A stretch of DNA of 64,000 bases from Laetmonice hystrix (Eukaryota): NCBI GenBank assembly GCA_965235115.1, contig OZ249436.1, positions 46,686,001-46,750,000 of the forward strand, in the 5' to 3' direction. The stretch's first letter is position 1. The number at the start of each line of letters is the position of its first letter. Under the pieces are notes generated by a model that was not told where the DNA came from, did not search any database, and saw only the letters and a program-made list of their open reading frames with translations. Of this stretch, positions 13,693 through 29,712 are shown in pieces. Made by a program: the position numbers and the translations under genes.

Positions 13693-13930
13693 CAAACGGG
13701 GCTCTTTTAAATCACGAATAATTCTGGCCAGACCTGCCAATAGGACTCCAAACTGAAGAAAGACATTTTGCGGTGGACAAACTACTGTCAAATTTGAAAG
13801 CAAGGTGAAAGAGACATCTATACGATCAAGACAAACACGTCTAGAAGTTCTTTCCATTTTTCTGTGCGTTACATTGTGGGTAATTTAGTGTTTTGACAAG
13901 AATACATTACGACCAAAAGGAAAAACCAAA

Positions 13931-17265
<3,335 letters not shown>

Positions 17266-17472
17266 AGACATTTAATCCCGCAGTCCTACCTTTCTTAGCT
17301 GGATTATTTTGTAAAGTGTAAATTTGATATACGAATGCGGCCTGTTCGGCTCCAATGAACCGTGACCTTTATTAAGAGCCGACTTCCGTTTTATTCTTCT
17401 ATAGTTTCCAGTACCCTGAACTAAAGTGATTCTTGGTAATATACGTGATGAAGGATGGATGAATTAGGCCTA

Positions 17473-18036
17473 CCTTAATCCCCACTTACCTGCCCGATTC
17501 CCGAAGTGACCGAAAATGGTCTAAGTCCGAAAAGGTACTCCATTGGTCGGGGGTAACAACCGATAACAGAACAGCCCAGGTCATGTATCTGTTACATTTT
17601 GAATAGGACATGTTAAGATGTTTGCAATTTGAAATTTTATGCGCCAGGGAATGGAACAGGTAAGTGGGGGATAGGACAGGTAAGTGGGGTATAGGACAGG
17701 TAAGTGGGGTATAGGACAAGTAAGTGGGGGATAAGGCAGGTAAGTGGGGGATAGGGCAGGTAAGTGGGGGATAGGGCAGGTAAGTGGGAAATAGGACAGG
17801 TAAGTGGGGAATATGACAGGTAAGTGGGGGATAGGACAGGTAAGTGGGGGATAGGACAGGTAAGTGGGGGATAGGACAGGTAAGTGGGGTATAGGACAGG
17901 TAAGTGGGGGATAGGGCAGGTAAGTGGGAAATAGGACAGGTATGTGGGGGATAGGACAGGTAAGTGGGGGATAGGGCAGGTAAGTGGGGGATAGGGCAGG
18001 TAAGTGGGGAATAGGACAGGTATGTGGGGATTAAGG
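17473..18036. mobile_element. TA-flanked (Tc1/mariner-like) MITE containing an expanded 20-bp terminal-repeat array
   Basis: TA|CCTTAATCCCCACTTACCTGCCC ... GGACAGGTATGTGGGGATTAAGG|TA. Confidence 0.7.
17655..18030 (+). repeat. 20-bp minisatellite, about 19 copies, mostly containing CAGGTAAGT
   Basis: Unit ATAGGACAGGTAAGTGGGGG. Confidence 0.95.
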
Positions 18037-19862
18037 TACATGGAGACGAGAACTAGGCCTACCATTCTTGAGCCGCGGTCTATCCATGCACGTTGGCGTA
18101 GACAGTTAAAGTTATGGTAAATTCCCGAATTTGTTGACACTGGTTCTGTCTTATCCTAACTGAAGAGAAATATGTATTCTCGCCAAATTTGCCCCAAAAG
18201 CCATCAATTTACTCGTGATTCTTGCGAAATTTAAGGGGCAAACCTGCACCCCTTGATGGGCTCTGAAAAACGCGGCACGTTAACACCGAAAATATCCCAG
18301 GAACCACCGATGGATGGATGAACATAGTTGTAACATATCTGAATAAATCATTCATTTTGTAAAATACGTTACACGGACGTTTTCTTTATATAGGGCTAGA
18401 ATGTTTGCACCACTAAGACACAAGTCTATGGCATTTTTTACACGATGCGTTAACCTTTAAAGGTCCACTGTTTTTAAAACCTGTAATATCGACCCCCTGC
18501 CATATAAATCAGCTTAGTGTCACATGTAAAACTCAAATAAATTGAAGTGAGACCAACCAAATGTAATGTGAGAACGCTCAGCTGGCTCCATTGCAATCTA
18601 ACGCTCTACCTTCGAACCGCTTGGCCATTTTGGATAACAGCGGAATTCCCACGCCGAGTTTCAGTGACTCTCACAGTCTCAGGTGACGCTCGGACTAGTC
18701 GGAGCGTGGGGTTTCAAGGCCATCCACCGATCTATTTCAATGCCACGAGTGCTGTCACGTCTTAGAACTGTCCAACTCATTGTTTCTCAGCTTTTTAGCT
18801 GATTCTGTTGCATACATCGACTTTCGTCCCTCGGAGGCATATTTACAAAGCAAGCGTATGATGATGATCAAATATATGGTGGAGCGATACCTGAAGGCCT
18901 AGGACTATTATGGGACGGTATCGGATGTTATTCAACGTGATTTGCAGCGCCCCTTTCGGAGAGCGGAGGCAAATTTAAACTCCTGCTAATTATCATGTTT
19001 TAGCTTCGGTCCGAGTTTCAGTTAACAAAATGTTTATGTTAGTCGATAGCAAAAACTCATTTTGCCCCTCAGACATGTAGGCCCCCTTGGCCTATATTAC
19101 AGTCGTAGGCCTACTGATCCAGACCGTCCACACACAATCACGTTGGTATTGTTTTTAGGCTATATCTCAATAGTCATCACGATTTCTGCCTCAAGTCCCC
19201 AGTGTAAAAACCATTCGGGATTTCCTCGGGCATATATGACGTCACTTTCGAATATAGATCCTCTACCCTCGGGTGGATTAGTGGCCATGTTGGCAACCGG
19301 ATACACGGCCAAATGGAGCTGTGTAGCGAGGCACTGAGTGAACCGTCATATCCCATCGAGCCAGGAAGTAGGCCCTAGTGCATTAGGCCTATTGACACCT
19401 ACTCCTTCAGCGTTGTATGTTGCAAATATAAATTTCTGGTAGGCCTATGATGGGGAACGTTTGAAGAAGAAAAATGAATCACCTAATTTACCTAAATGGG
19501 CGTGATACGGTAATTTATCAAATTTTGGGAAGCAATATGGCCGCGCCCATGAACGACAACAACGACACATGGTACTCTGGTAGGACTACTTGTATCATGA
19601 ACATATGCCTACTATCGTATAAGCCTATATTATATAATAGGCCTATTGCCCACTGACTTTGGGGAAAGCACTGGAGGCCTATTTTAGTTCTCCCATGCCT
19701 GATGCAGGCAAAATACTGCAAGCACTGCCATGCTGTCGAGAGTCCCGGCTAAATGTACCCGCGATGCAATGCTCAAAATGGCGCCTAAATCACCCGAGGC
19801 TACTTTCGAAGATTAGGCCCTATGTTCGAGGATTCCCGAATGTGTAAACACAAGCGATTTCT

Positions 19863-20235
19863 TAGCCTGGTCCCCCGTGCCGTGCCTCGGAGCTAATCAC
19901 TTCCGCCTCCGGTCCGTTTGTCAGCGTTAACAGAGTGATTGACTTCTGCTTGGAGCGTGGCCGGGAGTGGCCAACATGCATGTGCGTATGCAGACCGTAG
20001 CAGGTATGGGAACTGATGACGCTATATGCTTAGCCTACATCTAGAAAAGCGAGGACATTTAACACTTGTATTGTGAAGTGATTGACGAAAATATCTGTAT
20101 CTTGTTGGAGAAATACGAAAGGTACGGAACTACCTCGTTTGAGGCCAATGTTTTGGATGGACCAATCACAATGCTTGCTTCGATTGGCCATCACCAGGCT
20201 CTATATACGTAGTGTTTAGACCGGGCACCAGGCTA
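19863..20235. mobile_element. Non-autonomous DNA transposon with 9-bp TSD (MULE/Mutator-like)
   Basis: TIRs TAGCCTGGTCCCCCG / CGGGCACCAGGCTA; identical GCGATTTCT at 19854-19862 and 20236-20244. Confidence 0.8.
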
Positions 20236-21743
20236 GCGATTTCTCTCCGCGAAGCACGAGTCCGGGTCGCGTGTTGCCTAGCGACCATATTAAACGCTAG
20301 ATGGCAGGAGCGTGTAGATATTTAGTTGCACTATTTACCGCCAGGGCATCCGTCTAAACCAGTGAGCTGACGGTGCATGGTGCCATATTGTGGTGCTGTC
20401 TTTTTCTTTATCTTTTACATCTGAATAGCCACCGCTATAATGCACCTCTGCTTTATAGTTTATCGCTTTGTATTTTTAGATAGTTGTTGGTGAGACAACT
20501 GGTATGTGACCTAAAACTTTGCATGGAAAAGACGGAATTCGGTCAGTTTTAGATTTATTGATCTTTCAAAGATTCTGGATCCAAAATGATTTTTGTGGAA
20601 AACGATGTAGGCCTATAGCCTAATACACCTGGAGTAACGAGTAATGGTGGCTTTACTCCGTGTTGGATGGCATCCTTTGATGGCCATCTTCACGGCGTCT
20701 ACGTGGTTAGAACAGTGAATTCATCGAGAAATGAATACAGGACAGGCCTTTAGACAATCCTACATGTAAATGGGTGTAACCAGGGGCTTCGAGGGGTTCG
20801 ATCGAACCCCCCTTTTGTGGGGCACTATAAAATTACCCCATGTCCAATCCACTGTTCAAGCTGCTCTTAGGCAAAAAGCTGGCTACACTATGAAGTATGA
20901 TGGTATATCATAGGCGGCGGAAGCACCGGTAGTTTCTGTTTCAACTAGATCATATATTTCTGTCGATCTAAAAAGGGTTTTCCAAGAAGGGCCTTTTCGA
21001 AATCGAATACACTCACTGGTCACTTTTGACATATCTCGCTCCCATAGACTTATATCTAATCTACTATAGGCCTATGTTTATTATGTCGTCGCCGACGTCC
21101 CATAGAAGTTCAACAGCTGCGAAGAGTTTATGTTAATTAGCGTCCAATTCATGCATCCTTTTCGACTCGAGGCCGACAACAAACGCTTCGAAAAGTGTCT
21201 GCCGTCAGCAGTGCTTACTGGTGTGGAACGCTTCGAACACGGCGGTGGCCTGCGGAGACCCTGGTTTCGTGCCTTTAACGATGGGAATGTTGTTTTGTTT
21301 TAAGGTTCATTCCAAGCAACGTCTCTATTCTGGGGGAAGCCATAGCTGTACTTCAACTTTCTCCCGAAAAAAATGCAAAAGTAGGCTATATGCATGCTTG
21401 TTATGAATCCAAAGTCTCTCGAAAACAAGTCCTTGCATATCATGCTTGCGGTTACAGAAACATGGTTTTACTTAGTCGTGGCCTAAATATCACGACGCAC
21501 GCCGCGCACCTGTTGCATGTGCTGCCAATTAAAAAGCTGTCAGCCGATCTACGAACACATAGTTCATGGTAGTATCCCACGAAATCGGCGTACGGCAGGG
21601 ATAGTGCTAAAGTTTTCGTGGAGGTTTGAGGACTGGGACTCGGGGTTAGCATTAGGTCTGGGGCTAGGCGTCGCCGGAGGGGGGGGGGGGGTAAGGGGGG
21701 ATATCCCCCCCCCCCTGGAAAATATGAGAAAGAAATGTATTAA

Positions 21744-22419
21744 CCCTTTCAGTGCGGAATTTCTATTATTCAATCCATTGAACGAATTTTAATTTATTTT
21801 AGAGCATTTTGACAACTTTTACATTTTCCCTTGTAGAAACCTTTGCAGTAGAAGGATCAAGATGAAATTTTCCCCAGGTTTGGAGAACATCCTGAGGGTC
21901 ATGGAAATTATGACTTTGACTAATTTTAGGGGGGTTGGGTCTCTGGGGGGGTCACCTGAACCCATTGTAACACGGTAGAACACATTTTTTTCACACAAAA
22001 AATGGTAAAAATAGTTAGGGGAAAAATAAAAACAACCTCAAAAATAGCTTTTAGGTGGGGTTATTTCAAAATATAGATGATTTCTAAATACTCTGAGGTA
22101 GTTTGGGGCAAATATTTAAAAAAATAAAGATTTGGTGGATAAATGAAAAAAGTACAATATTGTTATTATTTTGGCATTTGAGAGGGTCCCATACAGTTCA
22201 TCCGCTGTGTAATGACCCCCACAGGCCATGCTGACAACATAAAATCATGTCAGTGATACAGTCCTGCCCTCTAGTGTAAGGTATGTGTGCAGGCAACCAT
22301 AGGTCCTTGCTGTGCTGCCATCTATTGATGAGTTTATGTATGGGCGACCAGGGGTCGCCAACCGTCTCTACGGAGAGTTTGAGCTGGGCGACCTGGGGTC
22401 GCCAGCCGCACTGAAAGGG
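21744..22419. mobile_element. piggyBac-type non-autonomous element, 676 bp
   Basis: TTAA|CCCTTTCAGTGCGG ... CCGCACTGAAAGGG|TTAA; perfect 14-bp TIR with CCC..GGG ends. Confidence 0.9.
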
Positions 22420-22745
22420 TTAACGTGTATTTGGCCCCACCCTCCATACCAGGTTGTCTCCCGTTTAAATACCGATTAAAGCCAGTTATCTGATGGCATC
22501 TCAAAATGTACTCAGCACAATCATGTATCTTGCCCCATGCCTACTATTGGACCCGCTCGTTTACTCTACATTATAATATATACAGGCACCGGAATCGGCC
22601 CAGTCTACCCCCGTAAACCTTTAGAAACCAGGTCTAGGTTTGGGCCAACGGGGTGGCAGGGGTGGGGGTGGGGTTCGGGGGTTGGGTGCCAAGGGGTGGT
22701 GGGGTGGTGGTGGTGGTGGGGGGGGGGGGGTATGTTTCGTGTTAA

Positions 22746-22975
22746 GGCCGGAGCCCACTATGCGATTTTGACCTTACGATTCAGGTAGGCCTCCGATTCA
22801 TGTCGTGACCATTTGTCGCACAATAGGTTCCGGTGCCATTTACGATTCCAGATCGCTTGCCATGGGATTCAGCTACGATTTCAGATCAAACATATGTTTG
22901 ATATTTTGTCGCAGGCTCGTACAATTTTAAAATCGTAGAGCCTGCGATCTGAAATCGCATAGTGGGTTCCCGGCT
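22746..22975. mobile_element. PIF/Harbinger-like MITE
   Basis: TIRs GGCCGGAGCCCACTATGCGATTT / AAATCGCATAGTGGGTTCCCGGCT; flanks TAA and TGA; internal CGATT repeats. Confidence 0.55.
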
Positions 22976-23374
22976 TGAACCTTTCAAACAGGAAAAAAAA
23001 AGGAAAAATTAATTCGCAGTGGAGGGGTGCATCCCCAGTAGTACCTCCCGGTCCAGTTATACATGCAAAAATAATCCCCGGCTTCCTATACATGTATGTT
23101 GTTTTTTGGGGGAATAGAGAGTATTCATTAGTGCTAGATCCCTGGCCCCTGGCCATCATAGGTTAAAGGCTTCCAGCATCAAAATTTATTAACTTACCAT
23201 GACAATAAATATCTAATTATCTTTAGTATGGCTAGATTTCCGTAAAAGGGGCTAATTAAGACTATATCTGCCATTTTTAGCCCATTCCTGTTCAAAGCTG
23301 CCTTTGGGTTTCACGACTGAGTATCAAATTATCGAGCGGCCCTTTAAGAGAAAGCATGCTCCAGACATTGTATC

Positions 23375-23549
23375 CAGGGCCGTAGCCTGCGGGGGGGGGG
23401 GCAGGGGGGCAGCTGCCCCCCTGGGATTTCCAGTTTTTTTAACCAACACACTGGGCCAGCTCGACCGGCGCGATGACGCGCTATCACTTGGCAGGCCTAC
23501 TGCCCCCCCCCCCCCCCCCCCCACGCATTTCGGCCAGGCTACGGCCCTG
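23375..23549. mobile_element. MITE with perfect 15-bp TIR CAGGGCCGTAGCCTG and 5-bp TSD (GTATC)
   Basis: GTATC|CAGGGCCGTAGCCTG ... CAGGCTACGGCCCTG|GTATC. Confidence 0.8.
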
Positions 23550-25424
23550 GTATCTATAGTTATGTCTGAAAAAAACAACCACCGGCACGCTTCGGAACCT
23601 GTCAATCATGTCAATGCGCCACTCGAAGCCCCGCCCCGGCAGCATCCAGCATCCCCGCTGATTGGATGATTCCCCGAAAGGCGCGCTTTTGGGGCTGATA
23701 ATGTATGCATGTGTCCCGAGGAAGGCCGCATCCCTGGCGGTTTACATCATTCGGCGGAGTGCGGGCATTGGGTTTGGAACAGGTGTCACACCGGTCGCCA
23801 TCACACACTGCCCGCCCGCACTCAGCAAGACAATGTAAGATAATAACACATTATCTGATAGCCCTAATTAAGATGACCATGTTGGGGTCTTTTAGAGTTA
23901 AGTTGATCAACTTTTGATCTAGGTTTAAGGCGATAGGACGTGAGGAGCGACGGAATCCCGTTCACTGCCACTGGAGTGTAATTTAATCTTAGCCATCACT
24001 GTGCCTGAACTTGCTGAAGTGATTTGTTCAAAAAGTCCAAGCACTTGAAAGTAAAAGCAAGCATGGCCAGTATCTGATTTTCGTCAGTTCGGCCAACAGA
24101 AAAGTTTATCCCACTGTGGCACTCTAGCCTGGACGAGAACAGATCGTTGAGGCGCCAGAGATGCGAGCGCTCGGTGCCGCTCGCCCGGCCGTCCGGCGGG
24201 AGACGGGGCAGTGGCCCGGCCAAACCATGCAGCACTCGCCGCTTAGGTGATGCTCGGGTACGGCCAGTGTTGTTGCCGCACGGCACTTGAGGGTCAAAGG
24301 GATATTTTAGATTGTTGTCAAACTTTTGTTTCTCGAAAGTTGTGTGAAGATTATTCACCGGGAGACAGGCGAGCAGGCTGGGCGCTGTTCCCCGCCCGCT
24401 TGCCCCGCGGTCAGTGTGCGGGGACCACCCGGGAGTCATGCGAGCACGCTCGGTGCCGTCCGCCCCGACGACGCGGTGCCGTGACCCGGCTCATGCAGTA
24501 CTCGCCGCTCAGTTGGTGCTCGGGCCACGGCCTGTCCCATGGCGGGTCGGATGGAGATGTATGTGCAGGGGGGCGTCTATGCCAGTAGCGCACGGTACTG
24601 GGGGGGGGGGGGGGGGCTGGTGTCCTTTTGTCTAATTTTAATTACAGTAAGTCAATTGAATGGGGATGGGGGGGGGCGCTCAAGTCACGACAGCGCTTCC
24701 ATAGATTTGAAGCGCCGCTGTAAGTAGTATATAAAGTTTGGGGCTCAAAAGCCAGATACTCTGGATTTTTTCCATGAAGTTTTACGATCACACCCTGGGA
24801 CTCGGGGTTACAATAAACCCCATCACTGAGACTGAACAACCTTAAAACAATGTACATGTATTGCCACCTCATAGTGTTTCAAGATTATTTTACTTTTTGA
24901 AATAAAATCCACTTTTTATATATTTTTTTTTGCTACCTTTGTGTAGAAATAACTTTGTGTTTTAAACTTTTGACTCAAAGTTTTAACAGACTAATGACAT
25001 ACCCCTATTGTTTTGTGGACAGGTGCCAAGATCTGGAGAAGTAGTGACAGAGTTCGGCGTTCTTGGTTCTTCAGCGTTGGAGTTTGGTGTCTTCATTAAG
25101 AAACACAAAGCTAAGTCTGTATAATTTATACCACACCCCTGTACTGGTCCTCTTCATTGAGCGACCATGCCCCCCGTCTTAGATTAGTATAGATATTTTA
25201 GATTTAAAGTGAGGGTACTTGCTGCCTGTAAATGTTGCAGCAAGCAAGGCATGGTTTTGCCATAGAGGCCTGTACAGGTGCTCTCTTCTATCTGGTATAG
25301 TATTATATTAGGGACATGGTTATGTATTAGAGTAGCAACGATAGGGTAGGGTTTTCATTTCTCAACAGGGGCCTGTACTGACCTCTTAATAGTCAGTCAG
25401 AGAGCAGGCGATGTATGCATATAG

Positions 25425-25583
25425 GGGAATCGGGGGGGGGGGGGGGTCAGGGGATTCAACCCCCCATGGCAACGATTCTTTCCCCATACAACTTTCTGAA
25501 TTGACTGTTGACCCAGCCCCCCTTTGCACATTCTAACCCTGAATTCCCCCCCCCCCCTTAGCAAAATCCTGGATCCGCCCCTG
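25425..25583. mobile_element. Partial copy of the CAGGGGCGGATCCA MITE family (right end intact)
   Basis: Right end CCTGGATCCGCCCCTG; internal GGTCAGGGGATTCAACCCCCC resembles 3040-3060. Confidence 0.5.
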
Positions 25584-25964
25584 GTGTAGCAATTATATAA
25601 TATACGATGGGCACAGATGTTGCACATCAAGGTTGTTGTAAGCAAGTTGAACTTGCAGCTGATCTAAAGCATTATCGAATGTCATTTTAATCATTTTTGT
25701 TCTGGTTGGAGTAAAAACATTTGCACTTAGATACATGTGTACATCCATTCTCCCAAGACCCATTGACCCATCAAGAGAACTTGCAAATCTTTTTATATAG
25801 GGTCCAGTACAGGACCTCTGCTTTGATATAGATATCAAAATAGGACCTTTGACCCCCATATAGAGGCCAGTACAGGACCTATTTGTAATTTAAAATTTGA
25901 AATGGAAAAAGTGATCTGGGCCTACCCCAGAATCAGATGGTCAAAATGCTAATGGAACTACTTC

Positions 25965-26420
25965 CACACAGCGGATATGGTTTCACAGAGCTGGAATGAA
26001 TGTTTGCTTCCACGGAGTGGAAATGAGCACATGTATAGTCCCACACAGTGGGAATTCTTCAGAGTGGGAATGCCCCCACAGAGTGGAAATACCCCCGGAG
26101 TGGGAATGCCCCACAGAGTGGGAGTGCCCCACAGAGTGGGAATACCCCCACGGAGTGGGAATGCCCCCCCCCCCAAGTGGGAATGGAAACATATTCCTAC
26201 TGTGTCAATACTTGCACAAAGTTGGCATACTTCCACACAGTGGGAAAGACAGCATACTCTCACATATTGAGGATAGCTGCCCACAGGGGGATACTAGCCC
26301 CACATATTGGTGTATTCATACACAGTAGGAATACACGTCAAGAGTGGGAATGAAGATATATTCCCACTTCCATGCACACAGTGGGAATGAGCACTTGTGC
26401 CCACACAGTGGAAATACTCC
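25965..26420. repeat. Loose cluster of about 19-bp CCCAC-N3-GTGGGAAT motifs
   Basis: CCCACACAGTGGGAAT, CCCCACAGAGTGGGA and similar, repeated with variable spacing. Confidence 0.75.
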
Positions 26421-27119
26421 CACATTTTGTCAGGCAGTGGGATGATGCCTTTTAAAGGTGCCTTTTGGCTTGCTTTTCTTTTAATGTATTTCCTCTTTGA
26501 AAGAATTTCTGGTACTTCCAACTCTTCCAACTTTTTCTGGTAAATCCACATTCTCAAAAGCGGTGATGCATTTTCAGATATCCTTGTAAAATGTCCAGTG
26601 TTTCACTCACCTAGTTCAATGTGGACAGGACATGTAGCATCGTACCTTGCTTGCAGCCTCTATTCTTTTAAAAAAAATCGGTTTCTCGGTTCCACCATCT
26701 GATGTTATCAGATGCCCTGAATACTCAGGGATGGTATGCTTACTCCTGTCTTTTCGTGAAAGGTCTCACACAGTCTTTGGTTCCCTTCAGGAAAGAACCC
26801 ATGCTCCTACATCATCGGACAAATATAATCTTGGAGCATATCAAAAATTGAAAATTGATTATTTTGGCTAATTTGAAATGAAAATTACTAATTCTAAAAA
26901 AAAAATCGGAATTACTAAATGTACACAAGAGGCATGTAACTGACCTCTTTTTGGCTTTCATTTGATATACTGCTAGCTTGAAACACTCAGCCCCTGAGGA
27001 CCAGGGCCTCGCCCTCGTCCTTAAGATCAGCTGACAGAATGCTTCTGCATTGGATTGCAAACCCATCTGTGGCACCACAGATGGGTTTGGGTCCTACCAA
27101 GACCATTTCGGTCATACAG

Positions 27120-29712
27120 TTCAGCCAGCCATAGCATGGGGATTAGGAAGGGGGGGGGGTGTTGGATGAGGGGTAAAAGTGATGTCTGAGGACCAATCAG
27201 CCATAGCATGGGGATTGGGAAGGGGGGTTAGTGTTGGCTGAGTGGTTAGGGGTAATGTCTGAGGACAAGTCAGCCATATCATAGGGATTAGAAAGGGGGC
27301 ATTGGCTGAGTGGTTAGGGGTAATGTCTGAGGACAAGTCAGCCATATCATAGGGATTAGAAAGGGGGCATTGGCTGAGTGGTTAGAGGTAATATCTGAGG
27401 ACAAGCCAGCCATATCATGGGGATTGGGAAGGGGGCATTGGCTGAGTGGTTAGAGGTAATGTCTGAGGACAAGTCAGCCATATCATAGGGTTTGGGAAGG
27501 GGGCATTGGCTGAGTGGTTAGAGGTAATGTCTGAGGACAAGTCAGCCATATCATGGGGATTGGGAAGGGGAAGGTGTTGGCTGAGTGGTTAGAGGTAATG
27601 TCTGACGACAAGTCAACCATATCATGGGGATTGGGAAGGGAGCATTGGCTGAGTGGTTAGAGGTAATGTCTGACGACAAGTCAACCATATCATGGGGATT
27701 GGGAAGGGGGCATTGGCTAAGTGGTTAGAGGTAATGTCTGAGGACAAGTCAGCCATATCATAGGGATTGGGAAGGGGGCATTGGCTGAGTGGTTAGAGGT
27801 AATGTCTGAGGACAAGTCAGCCATATCATAGGGATTGGGAAGGGAGCATTGGCTGAGTGGTTAGGGGTAATGTCTGAGGACAAGTCAGCCATATCGTAGG
27901 GATTGGGAAGGGGGGAAGGTGTTGGCTGAATGGTTGGAGGTAATGTCTGAGGTCCAGCCAGCCATATCATGGGGATTGGGAAGGGGAGGGTGTTGGCTGA
28001 GTGGTTAGAGGTAATGTCTTAGGTCCAGCCAGCCATATCATGGGGATTGGGAAGGGGAAGGTGTTGGCTGAGTGGTTAGAGGTAATGTCTGAGGACAAGT
28101 CAGCCATATCATGGGGATTGGGAAGGGGGGAAGGTGTTAGTTGAATGGTTGGAGGTAATGTCTGAGGGCCCAGCATCCCCCGTATGGAGCCCGGGGAAAA
28201 ATAGACACATGCTCTAGGATGTCTAGTGGGGCAGTGCAAACACAGGGAATTTGAAAATGAATTTTGTGTGACCCTGACAACATTCACCATCAAAGAATCA
28301 TACAGTCTCCCCCATTGGTTGTTCCTAGTCATTCCGTTTGGGGCCCGGAGAAAAATAGGCCCAATAGATATAATACAAATAACCACAGCCACCATCAAAA
28401 CATCGTTCAGCCTCGCTCATTGGCTATTCACACTCATCCCGTTTGGGGCCCGGGGAATAATAGGCCCCATAATTGATCACTGTACATACAACATGTAACA
28501 ACTTTCACCCTCCAAAATATAATAAATACTCCAGTCAGCCATATCATAGGGATTAGAAAGGGGGCATTGGCTGAGTGGTTAGGGGTAATGTCTGAGGACA
28601 AGTCAGCCATATCATGGGGATTGGGAAGGGGGCATTGGCTGAGTGGCTAGGGGTAATGTCTGAGGACAAGTCAGCCATATCATGGGGATTGGGAAGGGGG
28701 CATTGGCTAAATGGTTAGAGGTAATGTCTGAGGACAATCAGCCATATCATAGGGATTGGGAAGGGGGCATTGGCTGAGTGGTTAGAGGTAATGTCTGAGG
28801 ACAAGTCAGCCATATCATAGGGATTGGGAAGGGGGCATTGGCTGAGTGGTTGGGAGTAATGTCTGAGGAAAGTCAGCCATATCATAGGGATTGGGAAGGG
28901 TAGGGTGTTGGCTGAATGGTTGGGGGTAATGTCTGAGGACAAGTCAACCATATCATGGGGATTGGGAAGGGGGCATTGGCTGAGTGGTTAGAGGTAATGT
29001 CTGAGGACAAGTCAGCCATATCATAGGGATTGGGAAGGGGGCATTGGCTGAGTGGTTAGAGGTAATGTCTGAGGACAAGTCAGCCATATCATAGGGATTG
29101 GGAAGGGGGCATTGGCTGAGTGGTTAGAGGTAATGTCTGAGGACAAGTCAGCCTTATCATGGGGATTGGGAAGGGGGCAAGGTGTTGGCTGAATGGTTGG
29201 AGGTAATGTCTGAGGGCCCAGCATCTCCCGTATGGAGCCCGGGGAAACATAGACACATGCTCTAGGATGTCTAGTGGGGCAGTGCAAACACAGGGAATTT
29301 GAAAATGAATTTTGTGTGACCCTGACAGCATTCACCATCAAAGAATCATACAGTCTCCCCCCATTGGCTGTTCACACTCATCCCGTTTGGGGCCCAGGGA
29401 ATAATAGGCCCCATAATTGACCACTGAGTGGTTAGAGGTAATGTCTGAGGTCCAATCAGCTATATCATGGGGATTGGGAATGGGAGGGGAGGGTGTTGGC
29501 TGAGTGGTTAGAGGTAATGTCTGAGGTCCAGCCAGCCATATCATGGGGATTGGGAAGAGGGGAGGGTGTTGGCTGAGTGGTTAGAGGTAATGTCTGAGGT
29601 CCAGCCAGCCATATCATGGGGATTGGGAAGAGGGGAGGGTGTTGGCTGAGTGGTTAGAGGTAATGTCTGAGGTCCAGCCAGCCATATCATGGGGATTGGG
29701 AAGAGGGGAAGG
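27120..29712. repeat. 68-bp minisatellite interrupted by two homologous non-array blocks (about 28165-28530 and 29215-29425)
   Basis: Unit CAGCCATATCATGGGGATTGGGAAGGGGGCATTGGCTGAGTGGTTAGAGGTAATGTCTGAGGACAAGT; both blocks begin GGGCCCAGCATC(C/T)CCCGTATGGAGCCCGGGGAAA. Confidence 0.92.

Noticed and set aside
27120-29712. Repeats interrupted by non-repeat blocks, superficially CRISPR-like
   Set aside because: Units are directly adjacent without unique spacers, the interrupting blocks are duplicates of each other, there are no cas genes, and the DNA is eukaryotic.
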